The notes under the pieces are model-generated. The model did not search any database and was not told the origin of the DNA. It was given only the letters and a program-made list of their open reading frames with translations. DNA of 64,000 bases from Podospora anserina. Its lineage: Eukaryota. The stretch is from NCBI GenBank assembly GCA_017654855.1, contig CM030337.1, positions 434,001-498,000 on the forward strand, in the 5' to 3' direction. The position numbers and the translations under genes were made by a program. Shown in pieces: positions 26,157 to 38,440 of this stretch. Each line of letters opens with the position of its first letter. Positions within the stretch are counted from its first letter, which is position 1.

Positions 26157-29100
26157 AATGGAGGTTATGCCCGGGTTAAGTAAAGTTTAGGGTCTAAACT
26201 AGATTTATAAGCCCTAGGTATTAAAGGAAGTGCGAAGCTACGAACGATAATAAATACCGATAACTTTATTAAACTTCGCGAGGTTTAACGGAAACGATTT
26301 TTCTCCGTTTAATCGGATAAAACTTTTTTATTATCGATTAAACTTTAAACTTTTTACTCGCGAGTAAAGAATTAAATATATAGTCCGGATAGGACCGGAA
26401 AATAAATTAAAAGTATTAATTAAAATTAATTCGTTAATAAACTTTATTTCTATATTAATTATTAAAATCTTTTTTTATTTTTAATTAGGAGGAATTTTTT
26501 TAGTATATTATTTAACGATAATAAATAATCGTAGGGATTTCTGGGTTAATTTAATTTAGAATATCGGGAATTTAAAAGTAAAAAAACGAAAATACTTTCC
26601 CTTTAATTTAAATAAATATAATTTATATTTATATATTAAAGTTATAAAGGATAATTATTTTTATATTTTTAATAATATATATAAAAAAAAAATAATATTA
26701 TTAATATAAACGTAATAGTAATTATTAAGTATTAATATATTTAATAATATTTTATTTATCGTTTTAATTAATTTTCCCGGTAATAATTAAGGGTATTAAG
26801 CTTCTACGGCTCGTTCCGTAATAAAAATAATTATTCTAGTGGCTAAGTCCCCGGAATTATTATTATTCGTTCTTTCCCCGGCTACGAACCGCGCTTACTT
26901 TAAAAATATTAAAACCCTTCGCCCCCTTTTTAATTAAAGTAGCCCGATTATAAAGCTTAACGCTCTTAATATATTAGGTAGACCTTATACTTACTTAAAT
27001 TCTATTATTTAGAATTATATTACGCCTCCTATTCGGTATACCGGATATCCCACTTTTTTTCCTAAATTCGTATATTAATTTTAGTAATCCGGATATTTAT
27101 ATTCTATAGGAGTTTACCCTAACTATCGTTACTTTTAGGGGTCCCCTACGTTTAATTATTTAACCCCCTATTTTATAATATTTATATATTTTCCTTAATA
27201 TAAATTCTTTAATCTAAAAAAAATTAATTTTAAAAGTAATTTTAAAAAAAAATATTTTATAAAATATTTAAAGTATTTTAAAAATATTTATAAAAAATAT
27301 TATATTATAGAATTTACTTTTTATATTTATAAATTTAAATTTTAATATAATTTCGATATAGGAAAATAGATTAACGAATATATAAATTTATTTATATTTA
27401 CTAATATTTAATTTATTTTAATTATTTACTTTAAACGTTTTTTTAAAATTTATAATTTTTAATAAAATAAAAATATTTATAAAGAATTAAATAATTTTTA
27501 TATTAAAATTATTTTTAAAAATATAAGTAAATTAAAAAAAATTATTTTTAATTATTTTAAATTATTTTCTCGAGTACCGACCAGGGAAAAAAAGGTAGTA
27601 AGAGCTAAGGTTATTAATTACTTTTAAATAAAATTTTTCGAATTAATAAAAATAATTTTTATTAACCGAGGAGGATCCGAATATTATTTAAAATTTATAA
27701 ATTTTATTATTTAAAGCGATTAAATTAATAATATAATCGAAAATAAGTATAATATAGGAGGAAGAATTTATAAAGAAAATAAATTAATTATTATACTTTC
27801 CCTTACTACTTTTAATTAAACGGCCGAGGTATTTAATTAGTATATAGCGGTTAACGCTATAATAAATAAAAAGATAGTATTATAATATTTAAAGGTAAAT
27901 ATTTATAATAGTTTTTTTATACCGGGAAATAATAAATTTAGGATAATAAAGACCTACGTTTAATATTTAAAAGATTAAGTATTTTACTTTTTAAATTTTA
28001 ATATTAACTTTAATAAAAAAATAGATTTATTTTTTAATACTTTTTTTATTATTAATATTAAAATTTAATTCGGAAAATTAAAGGGATAGTACCGCGATAG
28101 TCCTTCCTTATTAAAAAAGTATTTTTAGTATAGTAAAATTAATTATTATATTAAGTCGACGGAATATCCGTAGAAAAAGTATAATAAAGCGTAAAAATTA
28201 TACTATATTAAAGGAGGTAAAGTATATATCGGTAAAAAAAAGTAGCCGGAAAGTAAAAAAATATAATTTAATTAAAAGGATATAAGGAAAGCGTAACGTA
28301 AAAGGAAGGTTAATAATTTAATTTATATTATAATTTCGTTAAAATTAAAATTAAATAAGGTTTATAAAGTTTATATAAAATAGGTTAAGTATTAAGAAAT
28401 TTATAAGGGTAAAAGATATAAGTCCGAAGTTTTTTTAATTAAAGAAAGGGAATAAATAATTATTTAAATAATTAGGGTTATAAATATTAAATTAAATAAA
28501 CTTTATAAATATTTTAAATTTTATATATTATTTAATAAAAATTTAATTAATAATTATATTATTAAAAATACTTTATAATATTATTTAGTAGAGAAATAAT
28601 TATTTAAAAATATTTTAAAGCGCTTTAATAATATTTTAATAATCGTTTATAATTAAAAGGTGGAAATAGGGGTAGGCGCGTAAAGAGTAAAAAAAATAAA
28701 GATCGAGGATTTACCGAAAGAGAATATAAATAATTTAGTTTTAATTAAAAATCTAAAAATAATATTTACCCCCGCGTAAAAAAAATTAAAAGTAATTAAA
28801 GAGGGAGTTTTATTTAATTAAGGAAATAAAGTCCGGAGTAATTTAAAGTTATTTAATAATAAAGTAAAGGACTTTAAGGATTATATTACCGAAAAAATTA
28901 AAAAATATATTTATAATTAAATTAAATTTATATTAAAAAAATATTATAAAATTTTATTTATATTTATTTATTAATTAATAAATTATATAAAGAATATAGT
29001 TAAGGATATTAAAGTAATTAAGTAGTATAGATTTTTTAAAAGTATTCCGGATAGAAAAAGAGAAGTTTTATAAAAGGGGGAGGCTTTATTATTAATGGTT

Positions 29101-32100
29101 TAAACGAATTTTTAAATAATTAAATATAATAAAACTTTTCTGTTTAATTAAAAAAAAATTATTTTTACTTTATATAGGATTACGGCGGATAATAAGTATA
29201 GTATAGTCGAGGAAGGTATTTAAAAAAAGATTATTAAAAGTAAAGTTTAACCGGGTAATAATTTAAAAGAGCGATTACGGACTTTACTATTTACGTTTAT
29301 TAACCGGCTTTCCGGTAATAAACGAACTTTTTTAAAAGCCGTTACTCGAATCTATAACGTTCTATCGCTATATTATAACTTCGTTTTACTAATTTTAAAG
29401 AAGGTATTAATAATATTAAATATAGGTTCGGAGTATAATTTAATTAGTAAGGTTATAATTAAAAAGTTTTATTTATTAATAATATTAATAAACCTATAGT
29501 TTAAAAACTTTTATAGAAATCCGGTTATATTTATAAGTAAGATTTAAATTTTAATAATATTAATTAGGGTTTTAATTTTATATTATTTTTTTATTATTAA
29601 TAATACTAAAGTTTTAAGTTTTTATAATTTATTATTAAATATTTTATTTTTTACGGATATAAATTTTATTTTTAATTTTATAAAGGGCTATATAATTAAC
29701 GCGAATATATTATATAAAGGAAAATTAATTAAAGTTTATATAGTAAAAAAAAAGGTAATTAATAAAATAAAAGCGGAATATAATAGTAAGGATCGAAGTA
29801 ATATTTTTTTTATTAATTAACCTTTATAGGTATTTAAGGGATTAATTAATAAAAGAATATTTATTTTTAAATAAATAACGGAGGAGTTAAAAAAAAGGAA
29901 TAAAGTAATTAAAGAATTAAATAAAGGAGTTAAACGTTTTTTATTTAATTTTATTTTAAAAAAATTAAATTTATTATTATTAAATTATTATTTAACGTTT
30001 AATATTATTTTTTATAAAAATAAAAAAAAGGGGGATATTAAAAGTAAAGGAGGAAAAAATATTAATAATTAGAAGGAAAGAAAGAAGGGAAGTATAAAGG
30101 ACTATTAAAAAGAAAAGTCTTTATTTTAGTTTAAAAAAATAAAAATTATAATAAAAACTTTAATTTTAAACGAAATTTTAAAAAAAGAACGACCGTTATT
30201 ACCGACCTTTATAATAGATTTATATTTAATACTATCGTTATTATTATTAAAAATATTATTATTATTTAATTAAAGGATTAGTAAGATAATTTTATTTAAG
30301 CCCGATATAATATTTTTATATTTAAAAATATTTAATTAGTTTTTTATTTAATTAAATTAATATAATTTTTTTATTATATAATTATATAAATATTATTTAT
30401 TTCTATCCTTTTTTAAAAAAAAAATAATATAAAAATTAATTTAATTATTATTTTTAAATAAACTTAACTAACGTTTATAAATATTATTATTATTACTATA
30501 ATATATAAAAAGGTAAATAAGAAGGTAAAGCCGGTTAATAATATTAGGTTAAATAGTAATACTTTTAAAAAAAATCCGAACTAAAAAGTAAGGAGATAGG
30601 CGGTAATTAAGGAATCCCTATAATATAGTTTAGAATTTAATAATATTATAGTTCTTAAGTTTTTTAAAATAATTAAAAGGTTATATTTTACTTTAAAATA
30701 TTTAACCGATTTAATTAAATAAACTATCGATATTTTAATAAATTAGGAGGTTAAAATATTTATAATAATTTTATTCGTAAAGGAGGCTATATTAATATAA
30801 GACTTTACTAAATATAAATAGATTTTTAAAAATTTTTTCCTTATTTAATATATTAGGATTATCCCTTATAAAATATAGTAAAATAAATTTATTCCGATCC
30901 CGAAATTATTTATAAAAAAAATTATTAATTTCTTTAAAGAATAAATTAAAAAAAATATTATTAAAGAAGCGTATAGTCCTTACCGTAATAATTAATTCCT
31001 AATAAAAAAAAATAATAATTTCCGTTTAATTAACGATATTTAAAAATATAATAAAATTATATAATAAAATACCTTTATTTTATTAAATATTAAGGAATTT
31101 AATAAAGATTTTATAAAATACTTTATTATTTTTTTACTTAACTTTTTTTTTAAATATAATTAAATTAAATTAGCTTTAATAAATTAAAATTTTACTATTT
31201 TTATAATATTTATTAGTTTATTTAAGATATATATTTTACTTTAAGGAGCTATTAACTTAATAGTTTAGTTTTAAAGAATTATAATTAAAGTTTTTTAAAA
31301 TTTTATTTTATAAGTATATTGGTTATATTTAAACGATATTATAGTGAAAGGGCTAAAGTAAAATTATAATAGTAAAAAAGAAAGGTTAGGAATTAAGAAA
31401 TAGATTCTAAAATACTTAAAGAATATTAATATAGTTTTACTTAACTATAAACTTATAAAAACTATAATTATAATTATAAAATCCTTTTAATATAAACGGA
31501 AAGTTATTATCCTTAGCTATTCCTATATACCGGACGGGCGCCTCCTTAATTAAATAAAGATAGTAAAGATAAAGGAATAGCAAATTTACTATAGTTTTAA
31601 AGATATTTATATTTTTTTAGGGATTACCGGTTACTATCGGCTATAGGTATTTCTCTTTAATCTAATTATAATTCCGCTATATTTTTTAATAAAAAAAGAT
31701 ATAAAATAAAAATAAATAGAAGTTTAATAGGGTATAATAAAGTAATTTACTTTTTTAATTATAAAAGTATTATATTTAATTTCTTTAACGTTTAATAACG
31801 ATTATTTTGGTAAAATCTTTATTATTTTTAATATAAGTTTAATAGAGTAAAGAACGGTAATTAAATAAGTAAAATCTAATAAAAAACGGTATCCTTATTA
31901 GTTTAAAAATAGTATTTAGAGCCCGGTTAAATAAAAGTATAATACTATTAAAAAGGAGTTAAAAGGATTATTATATACTTTAAGGAGATTTAAAAGGTAT
32001 TTTTTCGGGGTATACTTTATAGTAGAAACGGACACTTAAATAGTAGTTTATTAAGTTTAGGGGGCGGTTAGTAATATTCCCGGTACTTTAATAATAAAAT

Positions 32101-35100
32101 AATTAAAATAAATTAGATTTTTCGACTTTATAATTATTTATATTTTTAAGAGTAAAAACTTTATAATAAATATATTATCAAGAAAACTATTTAGCCCCTT
32201 TAATTTAAAGGAAAAAAAATTAAAGTTAGATATTAATAATAAAGTTAACGTAAAGATCTAAAAGAACGATATTTAGGAAGTAAATATTTAATAAATAAAT
32301 ATTAAAAAGAAAAAAAAAGAAGTTATTAAGTAAAGCCCCTACTTAAATAGACTATAGTTTTTTTACTCCTATACTATCGCCGAGTTTTTTACGATTAGTA
32401 CGGAGTTAAGGGCTAAAACGAGGTTTAACGTTTAAATTATTAAGAATAACGCCCTAAAAATAATTTTCGAAAACGGAGTTTTATTTTTTAAATTAAATAA
32501 AGGAGGCTTTCCCCCTAAAAGAATTATTAATCTTTTAATTAAGCGGGAAAGAGTTTTTAATATATATTATAACGAAATAAGCTATAAAGGACGGAAAGTT
32601 ATTTATACCCGAATAATAAAAAACTATTATTAGAAAGGTATATATATTAACGTCGAAGTTTAAATTAAAATATATAAATAATATTAATAATAAAGCCCGA
32701 AACGTTAAAAGGATTAATATTTATATATTAAGTTTTTAATTATTTTATTTATAAAATAATATTTAAACGTTTAGTTTTTATTAATAGTTTCGGGAAAAAA
32801 AACTTACTTTTTAAAAGTAAAGAATAATTTAATTAAATATTTAAAAATAAAAGTTTTAAACTTAAGTAAGGCTTTTAAGATTAAAAATTTTATTTTATAC
32901 GATATTATCCTTAAATAGGGTTACCTTTTAATCGTAGTAATAAATAGCGGATTAGAATTTAAGAAGGAAGCTATTAAAATTTTAAAGAGGTTAGGAATTC
33001 TTTAAATAATAGTTTTACTTTATAACGTAAAAGTAAATAAAATAACGGAGTTTAATTATATTTTAATTATATTAATATTAATAAAAATAATAAATAAAAC
33101 GGGGAAAAAATAAAAATAGTAACTCCTTTATATATTATTTATTAATAGGATTATAATATAAAATATTTATAAGTATAATACTTTTTATTTAATATATAGG
33201 TTTAATTTTATTACGTTAATCGAAAAGGATATACCGTTATAGAAAGTCGTTTAATAGGAAAAAATTAGTTTTAATAGATTAAGGAGATACTAAAAAGAGA
33301 AAGCGATTATAGATTTAATAGAGGTAAGGGTAAGATTATTAAAATCCTAGGAGATAAATCTAACTTTAGTAATTAAAAGGGTTAGTATAGTAAAATAGAA
33401 AGCCGCGGTAAAAAAGAATAAAAAAAGGATTTATAATATTAAGCTTAAAAATAGTATAATTAAAAGGAGGGACTTAATATTAATATATAAAATAAATAGA
33501 AAGTTAAATATAAATATAGTAAGGAAGTTATAATACTATTAGGACGGTCCTTTTAAAGTAAGGAAGGTTAAATTAAATAATACTTATTACTTTTTAAAGA
33601 TACTAAATAAAATACTATTACGAATTTCTTATATATTAAATAGGGTAAAAAAAATTTTTAAATTAAAAGATATATATATAAATAAAAAGGATATAAATAT
33701 ATAGTTAGGACTAAAGAAAGTTAAGTAAGTACTTAGGAATAGAGTAAAGGAAAGTATAAATATAGTAAAAAATAAGGATAAAGAAAAAAAGATAGTAGAA
33801 AAAATATTAAGGAAAATAATAATTAGGGGGAAGATTTAAATAAAACGGAAAAATATTAAAGTATAGAAAAGATTTAAAAAGGGTAAAAGTATAGAGGTAA
33901 TTTTAAAGAAAAGTAAATTAAAAGACTTTTTAGGTAATTAGGGGAAAACGATAATAAAAGTATTATAATTATTATTTTTCTTTAAAAGGGTATTAAAGTT
34001 TGTATTATAAGAATAGAGCTATAAAAGCTATTTATTTTTAAAGGAAAGAAAAATATTAAAGGAAGTAATTAATTAAAGTAAAGATTATTATATTAAATTT
34101 TTAATTTTTTTTTTTTTTTTTATTATTTTTTTTTCTAATTTTTTTTTTATACCCTTTCCTTTAATCTAAAAAAATAAAAGATTATTTTTTTTCTTTTTTC
34201 TTTTCTTTCTTTTTATTTATTTACTATTTTTTAAACTTTTTATATTTAGTTTATTATTTTTCTTACTTTTAATCCTAATTAACTTCCTTATTATTAAAAA
34301 TTAAGTTTACGGTATTACAATTTAACTTCGATAACCTATTACTATTAAAATCCTTAAAATAAGGGCTATCTTTATTAATATTAAATTATAAGTAATAAAT
34401 ACTTTTATATTAATAATTCCTATATTTCTAATCGAAGTCCTCTTTTCCTATATAACCGAAGTATAATTATATTACTTTAATTTTAATCTTATCGGGGAAT
34501 ATTATAAAAGACCGGCGATAATTTTAATTATATTTATTATATAAATTAATATAATTAAATCTAATATATTAATATTAAGCTAAATCTAATTAGGGGGGCG
34601 GTATTTATAATAATTTAATAGCTTAAATAAATAAATTTTTAAAGTAATAAACTTATTTAACGATTTCGAAAAGTTAGTGCCCGAAGAATTATTTATTAAA
34701 CTATTTAATAAAAATCCGTTTAACGGAACCGGTCAATAATATTTTAAAAATATAATTAATAATAGTTTTATTCGTATTAATATCCTTAAAAAGTAATTAT
34801 TATTTTTTTTTATTTTCTTTTTTCGTTAGATTAAGGAAGAATTATTTAAGGTAGAGGGGAGTAGTTACGTATTTAGGATTTAGAAGGGAAATTTTAAAGT
34901 ATAATAAAGTTAAAAACTTTTTCGATTTAATTAAAAAGTTTTTTAACGAAAAAGGTTATAGATATTTAAATAGTAAAGTCGTTAATCGCTTAATTGGATA
35001 AAGTAATAAGTTTTTTTAAAAAAAAAGTTATTAGGAAAAAACGGTTAATAAATATTAAAAAAAATAAGGAGTAAACGGGAATAAAAAGAATTAGTATAAA

Positions 35101-37064
35101 TATTTATAATTAAAGGATAGGACGGTACGATTAATTTTATAAACTTCTATAAGAAAGAAACTTATTAAAGTACTTTTTCCTTTTTAAACGGCTTACGTAA
35201 CTATCTAATAATCTTACTTTATAAGCTAAATAAATAATAGAAAATAAAGATTTATTAAAAAAATTTTTCCTTCTTTAATTCTTTATTTTAAAAAAATTTT
35301 TTACTTCCCTTTCGATAACCCTTTAATTATAGATTATACTATATATTATTCCCTCTTAATTTTTATAAAATAATATTATTAATACTTTTTATAAAATCTA
35401 TTTATAATATATTATAGAAAGAATTTATTACTATTAAGAAATTCGGTTCTCTTAATAATTTCGTTAAAAAGATTATTCGGAAAGCGTACCTTTAAAGTAT
35501 TAATAGGGTCTATAGCTCTAGTCCCCCGCGCGGTATCTTCCTTCCTTAAAGTAATAATATTTTTTAACCTATTCGTTTTAGCCTTAACTTAATTACCGAC
35601 TTAAAAAATTATATTATAGGAAGGCGGCCCGATTAAATTAATATTACTTTTATAAAATAATTTTCGATTAATATTATTAAATATTTTTTTTAATTTAAAA
35701 ATAATAACCCCCCTTAATCGGATTTATATTTATAATATTTATATAACTTCCTTTACTTACACTATATATAATCTTTAAAATTAATTAAAAACTAAATAAT
35801 AATTTATTAACTCGGTCCTTACTTACGTTTTTCGGTATTTTTTTTAAGGAATCTTTAAACGTTATATATAAATCTTTAGAGAGCCTTTAAACCCTATTAT
35901 AATAAAGTCATTAATATATTTTTTTTTATTTAATAATAATTATAATACTTTTAATTAATAATATTAAGTCTTTCTTATTTATATTAATAACGGAAGTTAT
36001 TAGGTAGTAAGTATTTACGATATTACTATTAGTATTTTAGTTTATATAGATTTATTAAAGGATTAAAAGGGGTATTAAATTAATATTATTTTTTATTTAA
36101 TATTTTATATTCGTTATACTTTTTATTATAATTTTAACGTAAAAGTAAGGAGGCTAGCTTACGGTAAATAGGGCGGAGCGTAAAAATATAATTTTTAGGT
36201 TTTAAAGTATTATTATATTTATTTTTAGGGAGGTATTTCGTACGGTAAAGAGGAGGATTTAATAGTAGTAAAGGCTTAGAGAGGAAATTATTATTATAGA
36301 AATTATAAGACTATAAGCGTTACGGGGAAAAAAATAATAAAGTTATAAATAGTTTATATAAAAAGGTTTTTAAGTTATAAACTTAATTAAAAGGTATATA
36401 ATAAAAAATAAAGGAGGAAGGGTTTGGAGGATTTAATAAATACGGAAGGATTTAATTTATTAAATACCCTTTCGTTTTCTTTTAAATCTCTATTAATTTC
36501 CCGGTTTATTTTCCTCCTTAATTCTTTATTAACTTTAATTATTATTATTAAAGGAAATAAATATATTATAGGTCTTCCTTTTAATTATAAAAGGTTTAAA
36601 TTAAATAATATATTAAATAACTTTTAACGATTAAATAGAGTAATAACTCCCTTTAAGTTCCGTACTTTTATAATAATAAACTCGCCGTTCCTTTTTAGGT
36701 TTATAATTACCCGTTCCTTTATTTATAATTACTTAAAATCGTTAATAATATATTTTTCGCTTAATTATATACTTAGTTTTATAAAATAGGAGTAAGCTCC
36801 TAAAATTCTTTAAAGACGAAGGGAGGAAGTCGTTAAGTTACTAATTATAATAACTCGATAGGGACAAAAGTATATTTTAAAATCCGAAAAGTAAAGATAC
36901 TTTTCTCTCTAATTAAAGAAAAATAGATAAAGGGATAGCAGGATTATATCGTTTTCCCTTTTTTCTACTAAACGATATTTTTTTTTTTTTTAGTTTATAA
37001 GGGATTTTTTTCTTATATACGTATTTACCCACTGGTTTATAGTAGTTAAATGCGAAGGGAGGTT

Positions 37065-37427
37065 TAGTTTGGGGTGCGGCTATAGGCCTAAAAGTATAAA
37101 TAAGGAAGCGGGGCTCTCAGAGGACTTAGGGGTTTAAGGGTCATGTATATAAGTGGTTTACTTCGGACATTCTATTTTAGACAGGACATCGACTTTTATT
37201 CTTTTCTTCGTATTTTGTGCCTTACACGCGTGCAGGTAATTCTGGCCCTCTGATCAGGCCAATCCGGTGCTTATTATGTGGCCTGCGAGCCCATAGTGTC
37301 TTTTCTTTGTCCTACGTGAAGTGCGGCCTGCGAGCGAGTCACTGTTACGCAGGTGTGTTTATTCTGAGACCTGTTGAGGGTATATTTGTGGTGTTGTGGT
37401 TGTTTTGTGTGTTTTCTCACCATTTCA
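37065..37427 (+). repeat. 3' LTR of the 11.6-kb element
   Basis: Ends ...catttCA; 363 bp, same as the 5' LTR. Confidence 0.92.
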
Positions 37428-38440
37428 TTATATTATATATACCTCTATACTCTTCCTATATACTTTAATTATTAAATATTAATTATTTTATATTATTAAA
37501 AAGGGCGTATAGCTATTAAATTAAATAATTAATGTAAATAAATATTATATATATTAGTAAATTAAAGTTTTTTTATATATTTAAAAAACGTTTTTTATTT
37601 CGATTATAGAAAAAAATATTTAGAAAGGTTTTATTAACATTAGCTTTATACCGTATAATTTAGAAAGGATAATATTTAAATTAAATATATATATTCGGAC
37701 TTTAATACCTTTAGCTTTAAATTTAATTATAGTATTACCTTAAGTCTTTTAAACGCTATATAACCTTCGAGAGATTATTTTATAGTTAACGCTTATTAAA
37801 ACTCGAATTTCTAACTATTAAAATAGTTCTCTAACCTTAATATTAGCCGCTATAAACTAATTTACTAAAGGAGTAATAAATATAATACACGAAGTAACTT
37901 TTCTCCGTACAGAGGTCTCTTCGCTACGCAAGGCCAATAAGGAGCTTAATAAGAGACGGAGAGCCAAAAAAACACGTATGCGGCTTGGAGGGTCACTTAC
38001 TATATAAGAGGCACAGGATCTACTAGATTAAAAGGCTGTGGGTGAGCAGGTAGCCCAAGAAATACGATAAAGTGGTGGTGGTGCAGGGGGGTCTCGTACG
38101 AAGATTCGGTGCTGTGGCGTGTGCGGTAAGCCTGGCCATAATGCACGTACATGCCAGGAGGCTGCAGAATCATCTGATTCATCTATTTCTAGTTCAGTTA
38201 TCGTTGTTTCCTAGTGTTGTGGTTGTGTAATTGAGGATAGCTGTGGTAGGGTGGTAGAAAGTGCGGCGCTCGCTTATCTGCGGCGCTCGCTTATCATGCA
38301 CGTTATAACCAAAATTATTCGTATTTCTAACATGACGATATCTCCTCTATCATCCTTAACGCCGCGCATTCCGCCCTAGCCTCGCAAAAATATAAAACAA
38401 AAAGAATATGCCTAAAAACGCAGTGTACTCCTCTCAAGTC

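Larger units (their letters stand above)
25794..37427 (+). mobile_element. Large Ty3/Gypsy LTR retrotransposon, 11634 bp, RIP-inactivated, no chromodomain recognised
   Basis: 363-bp LTRs; 4-bp TSD TTAT (25790-93, 37428-31); PBS-like TGGAGGTTATGCCCGGG at 26159; PPT gaagggagg before 37065. De-RIPed protease LDxGSE ~29415, RT PYRNNWFLV..KK ~30980, LPQGATNS ~31235, YLDD ~31325, RNase H VETDA ~32020, integrase DGGPEF ~32942 and WDGPF ~33540. Confidence 0.92.
16923..38214 (+). pseudogene. RIP-degenerate Fot1-type DDE transposase in three pieces (16923-17407, 25390-25793, 37432-38214)
   Basis: N-terminal HTH-like MSSTSNETKVILA...; de-RIPed YNFDETGF spans the first junction and NIITLCMPPHSSHILQPLD the second; intact C-terminal knuckle CGVCGKPGHNARTC then TAG at 38212-14. 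Confidence 0.88.
16808..38303 (+). mobile_element. Fot1/pogo-like (Tc1-mariner superfamily) DNA transposon, RIP-inactivated; about 1.88 kb once nested insertions are removed
   Basis: TIRs acgtgcatgataagcgagcgccgca...acttt (from 16808) and the reverse complement (38258-38303), each flanked by TA (16806-07, 38304-05). Transposase remnants lie inside. Confidence 0.93.

Noticed and set aside
17408-37427. Assigning named Podospora TE families to these elements
   Set aside because: Needs a repeat-library search; I cannot match the names reliably from memory.
16900-38000. AT-rich block as mitochondrial insertion, contamination or centromere
   Set aside because: It is explained by RIP-mutated nested transposons with TSDs and is flanked closely by intact genes; centromere function cannot be supported from sequence alone.
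16808-38303. A single giant cargo-carrying DNA transposon or Starship
   Set aside because: No tyrosine-recombinase captain gene is visible and the internal DNA consists of later insertions that break the transposase.
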